A DNA stretch of 64,000 nt from Flaviaesturariibacter aridisoli (GCF_004343705.1 NZ_SKFH01000008.1:1-64000), one strand, 5' to 3'; shown: positions 18,406-28,395, numbered from the stretch's first letter. Numbers and translations: made by a program. The notes: generated from the letters alone by a model not told the origin.

Positions 18406-18822
18406 ATGCTTTGGAAATTATTCGGCCGCCGGATCAAAAGCCCGGTAGGCCTCTTCAACGGACCGTTCTTCGACGTGCGCACGGCCTACGTGCTCCGTTT
18501 CGATCGCTTGCCCTCGGTAACGGGCGTGGGCGAGATCGACGGCGGCAAGGCCTACGCGCACCTGCGCGCCGCCCTTGGGCCGCGTGTGCGGAAGACCTGG
18601 CAGCACAGCTACTTCGATCGCTCGGAAGATGGCGTGCGCTTCAACGTCACGATCCTGGAGCTCGACAACCGGTCGATGCTGGAGATCGGACCCGCCTGGG
18701 TGGAAGTGTTGCACGATGGCGACTTCCACTGGGCCAACACATTGGTTACGGAGCTGGCCGCCTTTCGCGATCAGCCCAAAGAAACAAGCATCGGCTTTGC
18801 CCGCAGCAGGTCGATGAATTAA
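18406..18822 (+). CDS. hypothetical protein (138 aa)
   Basis: ORF with native codon usage, 1-bp gap to downstream AAA ATPase gene (operon-like). Confidence 0.45.
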   Translation: MLWKLFGRRIKSPVGLFNGPFFDVRTAYVLRFDRLPSVTGVGEIDGGKAYAHLRAALGPRVRKTWQHSYFDRSEDGVRFNVTILELDNRSMLEIGPAWVEVLHDGDFHWANTLVTELAAFRDQPKETSIGFARSRSMN

Positions 18823-18823
18823 A

Positions 18824-19906
18824 ATGCAGACAGACATGCAACATTTAATTGACCAGAAAACGGTCAGCATCAACGAAGCGCTGGGCGATTATTTTCCCGA
18901 CAGCCGCGCCTTTTACCTCGCGCACTTCGGGCGGATACCGAGCCGGCATTTTATTTCCGGCGTCAGCGGCGACCGACTGGTGACCGCTTTCCGAGAAGCG
19001 TTCGGGTCACTGATCGCCGACACCTACCAGAATCAGTGGTACGACGGCAAGCGCAAGCGCTACGAGCTCGACAAGACGCTTTTTGTGCTGCACAACGGTT
19101 GCGTAGTGGAGATCGCGCATTACTGCGAAATCCTGCACAACGGTAGCCAGGAAGCTTTTATAGCCGACTGCACCCGGCTGGCAGGCAAATACCGCGAACG
19201 GGAAAAGCGGCAGCCACAGGAGATCAACCTCATCGTGCGGGGCGAGTACGGACTATCGCTCAAGTCGATGGAGATCAAGCGCACGCGGCTCGACACGACG
19301 CTGTTTTACGAAGACGACTTCGCTCCCGTAGATTCCGTGATCCGGCAACGCCTGCGCCAGAAGAACGACAAGGGGATCGTGCTGCTCCACGGCCTGCCAG
19401 GGACTGGTAAGACTACGTACCTGCGCTACCTGGTAGGGCAAACCAAAAAGCGCGTGCTCTTCCTGTCGCCTTCGGTGGCGGGCAACTTGATGGATCCCGA
19501 CTTCATCGACCTGCTGGTGGACAATCCCAACACAGTGCTGGTGATCGAGGACGCAGAGAACGTGCTGATGGACCGGCGCGCCGGCCCCCATGCCGGGGTG
19601 TCGAACCTGCTCAACATCTCCGAAGGGCTGCTGGCCGACTTCCTGAACGTGCAGCTCATCTGCACCTTCAACAGCCCGGTGGCGCTCATCGACGCGGCGC
19701 TGTTGCGGAAGGGTCGCCTCATTGCCCGCTACGAATTCGGGAAGCTGGGCGTGGACAAGGCGCAGCGGCTCAGCGATGCGCTCGGCTTCGGCAGCCGTAT
19801 CACGCGGCCCATGACGCTGGCGGAGATCACGACGCAACATGAGCCCGCGCCACCCGAAATGCGTACGGAGGTGATCGGCTTTAGGCGGTTCGCGCTCGAG
19901 AACTAA
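18824..19906 (+). CDS. AAA+ ATPase (classical AAA domain) with ~180-aa N-terminal domain of unknown function
   Basis: GIVLLHGLPGTGKTT Walker A, VLVIEDAE Walker B, LLRKGRL arginine-finger/sensor region. Confidence 0.75.
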   Translation: MQTDMQHLIDQKTVSINEALGDYFPDSRAFYLAHFGRIPSRHFISGVSGDRLVTAFREAFGSLIADTYQNQWYDGKRKRYELDKTLFVLHNGCVVEIAHYCEILHNGSQEAFIADCTRLAGKYREREKRQPQEINLIVRGEYGLSLKSMEIKRTRLDTTLFYEDDFAPVDSVIRQRLRQKNDKGIVLLHGLPGTGKTTYLRYLVGQTKKRVLFLSPSVAGNLMDPDFIDLLVDNPNTVLVIEDAENVLMDRRAGPHAGVSNLLNISEGLLADFLNVQLICTFNSPVALIDAALLRKGRLIARYEFGKLGVDKAQRLSDALGFGSRITRPMTLAEITTQHEPAPPEMRTEVIGFRRFALEN

Positions 19907-19987
19907 CCTCACCCCCGACCCCGCTCCGGGCGGAGCGGGGAGTGCTTCACGTAAAGACGCACCAGGTGCGTCTCAAAACAAACGACA

Positions 19988-20470
19988 ATGGAACAAAACC
20001 AATGGCGGCGGCTGGATGGCAGGACCATCCAGTTGCCCATCGATGAAGAAGTGCGGCGGGCCCTGCTCCGCGAAGGAGCTGCCGGCCACGAACTCAGCGT
20101 GAGCATCGGCTCCGACAGCCAGGTGAAGGGCGGCACGATCGTGTTTGCCACGGTGATCGTATTTCTGCGGAAAGGCCGTGGTGGCTTCTTCTTTATTCAG
20201 AGCGACAAAGCCGAGCGGCGCATGACCGTCAAGGAGCGGATGCTCGAAGAGGTAACCCGGGGCATCGAAACGGCATACGAATTGGCGCCCGTCTTTGCGA
20301 AATACGGCGTGCCGCTTGAAGTGCATGCCGATATCAACCCGGACCCGAAGTTCAAAAGCAACGAGGCTTTCCGGGAGGCAATGGGATACATCATGGGCAT
20401 GGGCTTTTCCTTCCGGGCCAAGCCGAACGCCTTTGCCGGCTCCAGTTGCGCAAACAAAGTAGTACAATAA
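19988..20470 (+). CDS. DUF458/YkuK-like (RNase H-like fold) protein
   Basis: IGSDSQ, HADINPD and KPNAFAGSSCANK motifs recalled from the B. subtilis YkuK family. Confidence 0.5.
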   Translation: MEQNQWRRLDGRTIQLPIDEEVRRALLREGAAGHELSVSIGSDSQVKGGTIVFATVIVFLRKGRGGFFFIQSDKAERRMTVKERMLEEVTRGIETAYELAPVFAKYGVPLEVHADINPDPKFKSNEAFREAMGYIMGMGFSFRAKPNAFAGSSCANKVVQ

Positions 20471-20541
20471 CGTAACGCGTATACCGTGGCCGTGAGCATT
20501 TCGCTGGCGGCTTACCGGTTGCGGCTCGAAAAAAAAGTAAA

Positions 20542-21996
20542 ATGGCAAAATTGAAAATGACCGGAAAGGAGCTTCGCGGCATCGGTTACCCAGAGTCGCC
20601 GGTGATCTCGATGGCCATGGGGCTGATGGAAAAGCACTACAAGCATTCCTCGCTCGATGAGGCGTTGAAGATCCTTTCGAATATCAAAGAAGCGCCGGCC
20701 GACTACCTGGAGCACCCGGTGCTGGGCAAGATCGCGGCGCAGCTGCTCCCGAAGCCGGCAGCGGAAGGCGCCGAAGTGTCGCTCAATTCGAGCGGCATTA
20801 CGTTCTCCGTGTTCGGATCCGAAGGCATCGAGGCCGGGGCGCTGCACCAGATGTACACCGCGGCCAAGCTGCCCGTGGCGGTGGCGGGCGCCCTCATGCC
20901 CGACGCGCATTCGGGCTACGGCCTGCCTATCGGGGGCGTGCTGGCCACCGACAACGCCGTGATCCCCTATGGCGTGGGGGTAGACATCGGCTGCCGGATG
21001 TGCCTCTCCGTGTTCGACTTGCCCGAAAAGGACCTCGAGGCGAAGACCGGGTTTTTCGCACGCACCATCCAGGAGAATACCGTCTTTGGTTCGGGCGGTC
21101 AGCTGGCCCGGGCCGCCGACCACGAGGTGCTGCACAGCAACCTGTTCAACGAGATCGGCCTGCTCAAAGGGCTGCACGGCAAGGCCTGGAAGCAACTCGG
21201 CACTTCGGGCTCGGGCAACCACTTCGTGGAGTTCGGGGCGGTCACCGTAGACGAGTTCGACCCGGTGCTGGGCGTACCGGCGGGCACCTACCTGGGCCTG
21301 CTGTCGCACTCGGGCTCGCGGGCGCTGGGGGCAAACATCGCCAACCACTACACGAAGCTGGCCAAACAAAAGCGGCGCCTGCCGGCCGAAGCCTCGAACC
21401 TGGCCTGGCTGGGACTGGATGAAGCAGAAGGCATGGAGTACTGGCTGGCGATGAACCTGGCTGGCGACTATGCCGCGGCATGCCATCATGTGATCCATGA
21501 AAAAGTGGCGCGGGCCCTGGGCCGCCGGCCGCTGCGGCGGGTGGAGAACCACCACAATTTCGCCTGGAAGGAGCCGTGGGAGGGGCGCGAGGTGATCGTG
21601 CACCGGAAAGGCGCCACCCCGGCGGGCGCGGGCGTGCTGGGCATCATCCCCGGCTCGATGACCGCCCCCGGCTTTATTGTAAAGGGCAAAGGCGAGCCGG
21701 CCTCCGTGCATTCGGCTTCCCACGGCGCCGGCCGGCGGATGAGCCGCACCGCGGCCCTGCAGTCGATCTCCCACGCCGCGCTGCAGGAGCAGCTGCGCGC
21801 GCAGGGAGTGACCCTGCTCGGGGGCGGGCTCGACGAGGCACCGATGGCGTATAAAGACATCCACGCCGTGATGGCCGCCCAGGAGGCGCTGGTGGAAGTG
21901 CTGGGAACCTTTCAGCCGCGCATCGTGCAGATGGATGGTACGCCGCCGAAGCCGTGGATGAAGAAGGGAAAGGGGGAGGAAGTGCCGGGAGCGTAA
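20542..21996 (+). CDS. rtcB: RNA-splicing ligase RtcB
   Basis: MPDAHSGYGLPIGGV, GSGNHF and ASHGAGR RtcB metal/GMP-binding motifs. 484 aa. Confidence 0.9.
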   Translation: MAKLKMTGKELRGIGYPESPVISMAMGLMEKHYKHSSLDEALKILSNIKEAPADYLEHPVLGKIAAQLLPKPAAEGAEVSLNSSGITFSVFGSEGIEAGALHQMYTAAKLPVAVAGALMPDAHSGYGLPIGGVLATDNAVIPYGVGVDIGCRMCLSVFDLPEKDLEAKTGFFARTIQENTVFGSGGQLARAADHEVLHSNLFNEIGLLKGLHGKAWKQLGTSGSGNHFVEFGAVTVDEFDPVLGVPAGTYLGLLSHSGSRALGANIANHYTKLAKQKRRLPAEASNLAWLGLDEAEGMEYWLAMNLAGDYAAACHHVIHEKVARALGRRPLRRVENHHNFAWKEPWEGREVIVHRKGATPAGAGVLGIIPGSMTAPGFIVKGKGEPASVHSASHGAGRRMSRTAALQSISHAALQEQLRAQGVTLLGGGLDEAPMAYKDIHAVMAAQEALVEVLGTFQPRIVQMDGTPPKPWMKKGKGEEVPGA

Positions 21997-22391
21997 GTCG
22001 GGAAGCCGGAAGTCGGATCTCGGAAGTTGGTTTTCGCCGGTCACTTCCAACTTCACACTTCCGGCTTGCTTACTTAAAAAAAGAAACTCCTGTAAAAACA
22101 GGAGTCGTCACCTAAACCAACTGCATGTTGAGAAAGGGACAATGCCAGGAAGGCATTATGTATCTCGAGCAGAGCTACGAAGGTGGGGTTTTCCGGTGGA
22201 TAATGCGTGCTTTTTTTTCGCCGATTGATTTATTTAGTTGTTAAGACGCCCAATTGGGCGGATGGGCTGTTCCTTTTGCCTGAGTGTAAGGCGTTTAGAA
22301 GCCGGGGAAAAACTCCCGGGAGGGGAGGCGGCGGTCCGAAAAAAGACGGCGCGGGTCCACAATCCTTATTTTTACCGCAATTCGCGCAACT

Positions 22392-22895
22392 ATGGCCATT
22401 CGCATTTTCGTTACCGGCGGCACCTTCGATAAGGAATACAACGAGCTGACGGGTCAGCTGTTCTTCAAAGACTCGCACCTGCCCGAGATGCTCCAGCTGG
22501 GGCGCAGCCGCGTGCCGGTAGACATCCGTACGCTGATGATGATCGACAGCCTCGAGATGGAAGACCTGGACCGCGAGCTCATCGTCCGGCACTGCCTCGA
22601 AGCCGAGGAGCAGCAGATCATCATTACCCACGGTACCGACACCATGGCCGAAACCGCGGAGCTGCTCGCCCGCGCGGTGTCGGGCAAGACCATCGTGCTT
22701 ACCGGCGCGATGATTCCCTACAAATTCGGGTCTTCGGACGGGCTGTTCAACCTCGGCAGCGCCGTAGCTTTTGTGCAAACACTGCCCGAAGGTGTATACG
22801 TGGCAATGAACGGCCGCGCTTTCAAGGCCGGAAATGTGAAGAAGAACAAGCTTACCGGGGAGTTTGGTCCCCTGTCCCCGGAAGCGGGAACCTGA
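22392..22895 (+). CDS. asparaginase domain-containing protein (short, N-domain type)
   Basis: IFVTGGTFDK...IIITHGTDTM match L-asparaginase N-terminal TGGT / HGTDT motifs. Only 167 aa. Confidence 0.55.
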   Translation: MAIRIFVTGGTFDKEYNELTGQLFFKDSHLPEMLQLGRSRVPVDIRTLMMIDSLEMEDLDRELIVRHCLEAEEQQIIITHGTDTMAETAELLARAVSGKTIVLTGAMIPYKFGSSDGLFNLGSAVAFVQTLPEGVYVAMNGRAFKAGNVKKNKLTGEFGPLSPEAGT

Positions 22896-22919
22896 TTGGA
22901 GCTGTGCTTGCAATAAGGG

Positions 22920-23366
22920 CTACACGCCGAATTGCCGCAGGTGGTGATCGAGGTGCTTCCACGCGAGGCGGCTCCAGTCCTGGGCACTCATTTTACCGAA
23001 AAAAGGATGATGCGGTGCATGCAGCAGGATGCTGCTGCCCGAAAAGCGCTCGATCAGTGCCGCCAGCCGGTCGCGCTCGGTGTCGAATTCGTGGTCGTCG
23101 GCCACTACGAACTCGCGTGCCGTGGGCAGGCCCTGCGGCCAGGGTTTGTCGGAAAAAAGCTTACGCTTTGCTATGCGTCCGAAAAGCAGGCCTGCAAAAC
23201 TTTGCTTCAGCTTCAGCTCGCCGAAATACACGGTGAAAGGCGCCTGGCAGTGCCGCAGCATCTGGGCAGCGCTCATTTTACCCCAGCGGGGCGGTTGGCC
23301 GGGCTCGAGGCTATAGAGGCGCTCCAGTATTTGCGAAACGCTCCCGGAATCGAAGAGATCGTTCAT
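22920..23366 (-). CDS. hypothetical protein (possibly DUF1569/DinB-like)
   Basis: 148-aa ORF with HxxH-containing C-terminus; assignment weak. Confidence 0.4.
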   Translation of the reverse strand: MNDLFDSGSVSQILERLYSLEPGQPPRWGKMSAAQMLRHCQAPFTVYFGELKLKQSFAGLLFGRIAKRKLFSDKPWPQGLPTAREFVVADDHEFDTERDRLAALIERFSGSSILLHAPHHPFFGKMSAQDWSRLAWKHLDHHLRQFGV

Positions 23367-23468
23367 GCGATGGCTTTGGTTTGGGGAACGTCAAGATATG
23401 GCATTTGACGGCACGGCCAAAAAAAAAGGGCCGCCCCACGGGCAGCCCTTCTTCCGTAGGAATACGGT

Positions 23469-24047
23469 CTATGCATCGTGTCGCGTATACTGGCCGGTGG
23501 TGGCGTGCTTGCCTTCGGCGATCTCCTCGAGCATCTTCTTGTTGAAAGCCGGGATATCCTCTGGACTGCGGCTCGTAACGAGCCCATTGTCGGTCACCAC
23601 TTCCTTGTCTTCCCACAAGGCACCGGCATTCACCAGGTCGGTGCGCACCGATGGGTAGGAGGTAAGGGTGCGTGTGCTGATCATCCCGGTTTCGATGAGC
23701 AACTGCGGGCCGTGGCAGATGGCTGCCAGCGGCTTGCCTGATTCCAGGAAATGCCGCGCAAAGTCCACCGCTTTCGGGTTGGCGCGCAGCTGGTCGGGGT
23801 TGAGTACGCCGCCGGGCAGCAGCAGGGCGTCGTAGTCTTCGGGATTGGCGCTGTCCAGCTGGCGGTCTACAGGCAGCTCGATACTCCAGTGGTCGTGGTT
23901 CCAGGCCTTCACCTTTTCTTTCTGCGGCGACACGATGTGCACTTCGGCGCCCGCTTCGCGCAGGGCTTCCACGGGTTTGGTAAGCTCTACTTCTTCAAAG
24001 CCGTTTTCGGTAAGCACGGCTACTTTCTTTCCATTCAACTTGGGCAT
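23469..24047 (-). CDS. DJ-1/PfpI family protein (class I glutamine amidotransferase-like)
   Basis: KKVAVL..GFEEVE..AAICHGP nucleophile-elbow Cys motif. Confidence 0.8.
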   Translation of the reverse strand: MPKLNGKKVAVLTENGFEEVELTKPVEALREAGAEVHIVSPQKEKVKAWNHDHWSIELPVDRQLDSANPEDYDALLLPGGVLNPDQLRANPKAVDFARHFLESGKPLAAICHGPQLLIETGMISTRTLTSYPSVRTDLVNAGALWEDKEVVTDNGLVTSRSPEDIPAFNKKMLEEIAEGKHATTGQYTRHDA

Positions 24048-24159
24048 GATCGATAAAATTTGGTCCGCCCGAATCCCGCAAAAAGGGAGCCATTGCTGCA
24101 GCCCTATCTTTGTTGCGAACGGCCCGCGGTGTGGGCCGGAGTATCTTCAACAGTTGCCC

Positions 24160-24975
24160 ATGAAACGCCTGCCGCTGCCCCTCTTTTTGCCGCTTCTCGT
24201 ATTGGTTCTCTGCTGCAACCGCAGACCCTACGCCGCCACCAACAAGCAGTACCGCAGCACGGCGAAGAAATACGCCCGCGAGCTGGAGGGCAACCCGGCC
24301 GGCCAAACGATGGCCACGGCCGAGCCCTGGGTGGGCACCATCAACTTCAACCTCCGCAAGCCCAACATCGTGGTGCTGCACCACACGGCACAGGGAAGCT
24401 GCGATACCACGCTCCGTACCTTCACGCTCGAGCGCACGCAGGTGAGCGCCCACTACGTGGTGTGCCGCGAGGGACTGGTGCACCATATGCTCAACGATTA
24501 CCTGCGCGCCTGGCACGCCGGCGCCGGCCGCTGGGGCAACCTCCAGGATGTGAACTCCTCGTCCATCGGCATCGAGATCGACAACAACGGGGTGGAGCCC
24601 TTCAGCGAGGCGCAGATCGCCGCCACGCTGCAACTGCTCGATACCCTGAAACGCAAGTACAACATCCCGGCAGCCAACTTCATCGGGCATGCCGACGTGG
24701 CGCCGACGCGCAAGAACGACCCGAGCATTCTTTTTCCCTGGAAGCGCTTTGCCGACGCCGGTTACGGCCTCTGGTGGAGCGACACCACGGGCGTACAAGT
24801 GCCGGCGGGCTTCAATGCCCTCGACGCCCTGCGCATCGTGGGTTACGACGTGCGCGACAGCAGCGCCGTGTTCAGCACCTTCCGCCGCAAGTACCTGGCC
24901 GTAGAGCAAAAGGGATCGCTGAGCGAACCTGAAAAGAAGGTGCTTTATACCCTGTACAGAAAGTTTCTCCAGTAA
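24160..24975 (+). CDS. N-acetylmuramoyl-L-alanine amidase (Amidase_2/AmpD-like), secreted
   Basis: Signal peptide MKRLPLPLFLPLLVLVLC. VVLHHTA...AHYVV...WHAG...IGIE...GHADV zinc amidase motifs. Confidence 0.75.
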   Translation: MKRLPLPLFLPLLVLVLCCNRRPYAATNKQYRSTAKKYARELEGNPAGQTMATAEPWVGTINFNLRKPNIVVLHHTAQGSCDTTLRTFTLERTQVSAHYVVCREGLVHHMLNDYLRAWHAGAGRWGNLQDVNSSSIGIEIDNNGVEPFSEAQIAATLQLLDTLKRKYNIPAANFIGHADVAPTRKNDPSILFPWKRFADAGYGLWWSDTTGVQVPAGFNALDALRIVGYDVRDSSAVFSTFRRKYLAVEQKGSLSEPEKKVLYTLYRKFLQ

Positions 24976-25245
24976 ACTGGAAAGTAAGCAAGTGGGAAGT
25001 CGGAATTGCAATGCCCACTTTGAACTTCCGACTTTAAAACTTTTAGTTATGGCCTACGGCGTGCTCATCTGCGGGTTAGGGTCGGAGCTTGCAAAAAATC
25101 GCTGATGCCTGATGGCGGATTTCTGATGTAGATCAGAGGTAAAGAAGAGAGTAATGAACTGTGTCTTGAAATCAGACATCCGAAATCAGGCATCCGACAG
25201 CTCCCTCTTGGCAGGTGTTTTGTTTAAGGTAGGCTAAACTCGGTT

Positions 25246-25512
25246 ATGAACGTCAAACGCACATTCGGCGTCATCCTTACGATACTCGGCATTGCGGGCC
25301 TTATTTATGCGGCCGTGGTATTTATGGACGCCAAGGGCACCTCGGCCCAGATCAAGACCCTCATCGTGTACGGCCTGCTCGGCGCTATCTTTTTCTTTAC
25401 CGGCATCGGCCTCATTCGCGGCACTGCCGACGACGCCCGCTCGGCTGTGGGCGGCACCGACCGCACCGTACACCGCGAAACGCGGACCTACCGGACGGAT
25501 ACGGATGTGTAA
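25246..25512 (+). CDS. small membrane protein (hypothetical)
   Basis: 88 aa with two TM helices; weak call. Confidence 0.3.
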   Translation: MNVKRTFGVILTILGIAGLIYAAVVFMDAKGTSAQIKTLIVYGLLGAIFFFTGIGLIRGTADDARSAVGGTDRTVHRETRTYRTDTDV

Positions 25513-25772
25513 CACTACCAAAGGCGGAACGTCAATAATAATAGAAGCAATAAGCGCCTTGGATTTGCCAGTAAGTGTCTTTTTCGAGGTAGAGCACTTG
25601 ACCCCCATTGGGGGTGTCCAACAATATGATCGCTTTTTTCTTCGATAGGAAAACGGGTTTTGAAAGGCCGATCCAATTCCGATAAGGCGGAGCTTTAGCC
25701 TCCTTGGTCGTTACGATTTCCGCAACCCATGATCATTTTTTAAGAATCGGTGCCGCTTGGTACATTTGCGCC

Positions 25773-26471
25773 GTGGCACTACTGCTTCATATCGAAACCG
25801 CCGTAGCCGGCGCCTCCATCGCTTTTTCAGAGAACGAGCGGATCCTCGTCTTCAAGAATACCGACGAACCCCGCGACGCGGCCGCCTGGCTGCAGGTGGC
25901 CATCCGCGATGCGGCCGCCGAAGCGGGCATTACACTAAGTGCCCTCGATGCCGTTTGCGTGAGCAACGGCCCCGGCTCGTATACTGGCCTGCGCGTAGGC
26001 CTCGCTTCTGCGAAAGGACTCAGTTACGCGCTGCAAAAGCCACTCATTACTCTGCCTACGCTCCAGGTGATGAGCGCGGCCGCGCTGGAAGGTCTCCGTT
26101 CCGGTGCTGCTGTGCAACTGAACGAGGTCCAGGCACTTTGTCCCATGATCGACGCCCGGCGCCAGGAAGTGTTCACGGCACTATACGACCAGGCGCTTCA
26201 GGAACTTGCTCCCGCGCACAGCCTCGTGCTCGACGAAAATTCCTTTGCCCGCGAGCTGGAAGCCGGCCCCGTACTCTTCTTCGGCAATGGCAGCGCCAAA
26301 TGGCGCGCTCTCACGCAGCACCCTCACGCGCTTTTCACCGAAGGGCATCCTTCGGCGCGCCACATGGCGGGCCTGGGTGTGGCAGCCTTCCGCGCCGGTC
26401 AATTCGCCGACCTGGCTTATTGCGAGCCCTTATACGCAAAGGAGTTTTACACGACCATGCGCCCGAAATAG
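25773..26471 (+). CDS. tsaB: tRNA threonylcarbamoyladenosine biosynthesis protein TsaB (YeaZ)
   Basis: LLLHIETAVAGASIAF...SNGPGSYTGLRVGLASAKGL typical of TsaB; start inferred at in-frame GTG (25773). Confidence 0.7.
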   Translation: MALLLHIETAVAGASIAFSENERILVFKNTDEPRDAAAWLQVAIRDAAAEAGITLSALDAVCVSNGPGSYTGLRVGLASAKGLSYALQKPLITLPTLQVMSAAALEGLRSGAAVQLNEVQALCPMIDARRQEVFTALYDQALQELAPAHSLVLDENSFARELEAGPVLFFGNGSAKWRALTQHPHALFTEGHPSARHMAGLGVAAFRAGQFADLAYCEPLYAKEFYTTMRPK

Positions 26472-26564
26472 CCTCTTATTCACCTGTTTTTTCCACGCGC
26501 ACGTTTTGTACGGCCGGGATTGATACATTTGCCAAATAATATATAAGAAAAAGTAAGATTTATC

Positions 26565-26897
26565 ATGAGTGAACTTTTAGTCGAGAAGCCGGTGAAAGGG
26601 GAAGTGGACCTGAAGATCGATGTGCTCACCTTGAAGAAGGCGGCCCTCGTTTTGCGCGCCATCAACCATAAACTGCGCCAGCAGATCCTGAAGCTCATTC
26701 AGCAAAAAGGCGAGATCACCGTTACCGAGATCTACGTGAAGCTGCGCCTCGAGCAGTCCGTAGCCTCGCAGCACCTGGCCATCCTCCGCAAGGCCGGGTT
26801 TGTCCAAACCAACCGCGACGGTAAGTTCATCTACTACTCCGTCAACGAAGAGCGCCTCGCGCAGGTGCATCTCTTCGCCGCTCAACTGTTAAAATAA
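26565..26897 (+). CDS. ArsR/SmtB-family transcriptional regulator (Cys-free)
   Basis: Winged-helix core ITVTEIYVKLRLEQSVASQHLAILRKAGFV. No cysteine residues anywhere. Confidence 0.8.
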   Translation: MSELLVEKPVKGEVDLKIDVLTLKKAALVLRAINHKLRQQILKLIQQKGEITVTEIYVKLRLEQSVASQHLAILRKAGFVQTNRDGKFIYYSVNEERLAQVHLFAAQLLK

Positions 26898-26984
26898 CCC
26901 GACTCCGCTACGGATGACAGTCTCCTGACGAGGATCAGCGGGTAAGCGCGTCCGAAGCGGCTACCTTTGCACCAAAGCCTCACT

Positions 26985-28394
26985 ATGTATATCCAGCAAT
27001 TGTACACCGGTTGCCTGAGCGAAGCCGCTTATTATATCGAAAGCAACGGGGAAGCCGCTATTGTGGACCCCCTGCGCGACATCGACGCCTACCTGCAGCT
27101 CGCTGCCGAACGCAAGGCCACCATTAAATACATCTTCGAAACACACTTCCACGCCGACTTCGTGTCGGGCCATATCGACCTGGCCAAAGCCACCGGCGCC
27201 ACGATCGTTTACGGTCCGGATACCGAAACCCGCTTGCCGGTGCACATTGCCCGCCACGGCGAGGCCTTTCGCATCGGCGCCCTCACGGTAACGGTGCTGC
27301 ACACCCCCGGCCACACGCTCGAGTCGTCGTGCTACCTCCTCACCGATGAGCAGGGCAAAGAACATTGCCTCTTCACCGGCGACACGCTCTTTGTTGGCGA
27401 CGTAGGCCGCCCCGACCTCGCCCAGAAAGGTGCCGACCTGACGATGGAAGACCTCGCCGGCATGCTCTATGACTCCCTCCACAAGCACATCCTGACCCGT
27501 CCCGACGACGTCATCGTATACCCGGCGCACGGTCCTGGCTCCGCCTGCGGCAAGAGCCTCGGCCCCGAAACCTTCAGCAGCATCGGTCAGCAAAAGGCAA
27601 CGAATTACGCCCTGCAGCCGCAAACAAAGGCCGAGTTCGTGCAGGCCGTTACCGACGGACTGACCGCGCCCCCGCAATATTTTCCCATCAACGCCCGCAT
27701 CAATAAAGAAGGCTATGAAGAGCTCGACAGCGTGCTGGCCAAAGGCCTTACCCCGCTGAGCGTGGCCGATGTCAAGGCGGCGCTGGAGCGCGACGCCCTG
27801 CTGCTCGACACCCGCCACGCCTCGGTGTTTACGGAAGGATTCGTGCCGGGCTCGGTGTTCGTGGGCCTCGAAGGCCGCTTTGCCGAATGGGCCGGGTCGC
27901 TGCTACCCTACACGGGCGAGATGATCCTGCTGACGGAGCCCGGCAAGGAGCGCGAAACACTGGTACGCCTCGCCCGCGTGGGCTTTCAGAACGTGATCGG
28001 TTACCTCGAAGGCGGATTCGAAGCCTGGCAAAAAGCCGGCGAAGCCATCGACCTCATCATCGATGTGGACGTTGACGAGCTGGCCATGGACCTGCCCTTT
28101 GATGAGAACCTGCTGGTGGTCGACGTGCGCAAGCCCGCCGAATTTGCCGAAGGCCATGTGAAGGATGCACAAAACCTTCCGCTCAACGATATGACTGACC
28201 CGGCCCTGCTGGCCCAGTTTGAAGACGAGCAGAACCTGTACGTGCATTGCCAGGGCGGCTACCGCAGCGTGATCGCCATTTCGCTGATGAAGCGCCAGGG
28301 TATTCATAACGTCCGCAACGTACTCGGCGGCTGGAACGCCATCAAGAAGGAGGAAAAGATCAGGACCGAAAAGGAAAGCAGCGTGCTGAATTGA
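26985..28394 (+). CDS. MBL-fold persulfide dioxygenase-like hydrolase fused to two rhodanese domains (Blh/CstB-like)
   Basis: HFHADFVSG and TPGHT metallo-beta-lactamase motifs. C-terminal CQGGYRS rhodanese active-site loop. Confidence 0.8.
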   Translation: MYIQQLYTGCLSEAAYYIESNGEAAIVDPLRDIDAYLQLAAERKATIKYIFETHFHADFVSGHIDLAKATGATIVYGPDTETRLPVHIARHGEAFRIGALTVTVLHTPGHTLESSCYLLTDEQGKEHCLFTGDTLFVGDVGRPDLAQKGADLTMEDLAGMLYDSLHKHILTRPDDVIVYPAHGPGSACGKSLGPETFSSIGQQKATNYALQPQTKAEFVQAVTDGLTAPPQYFPINARINKEGYEELDSVLAKGLTPLSVADVKAALERDALLLDTRHASVFTEGFVPGSVFVGLEGRFAEWAGSLLPYTGEMILLTEPGKERETLVRLARVGFQNVIGYLEGGFEAWQKAGEAIDLIIDVDVDELAMDLPFDENLLVVDVRKPAEFAEGHVKDAQNLPLNDMTDPALLAQFEDEQNLYVHCQGGYRSVIAISLMKRQGIHNVRNVLGGWNAIKKEEKIRTEKESSVLN

Positions 28395-28395
28395 T

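Noticed and set aside
18160-22000. Genomic island integrated at the tRNA-Lys/tRNA-Phe pair
   Set aside because: No duplicated tRNA 3' end (att direct repeat) found downstream, no integrase, and GC content of the downstream genes is native. Treated as chromosomal cassette rather than mobile island.
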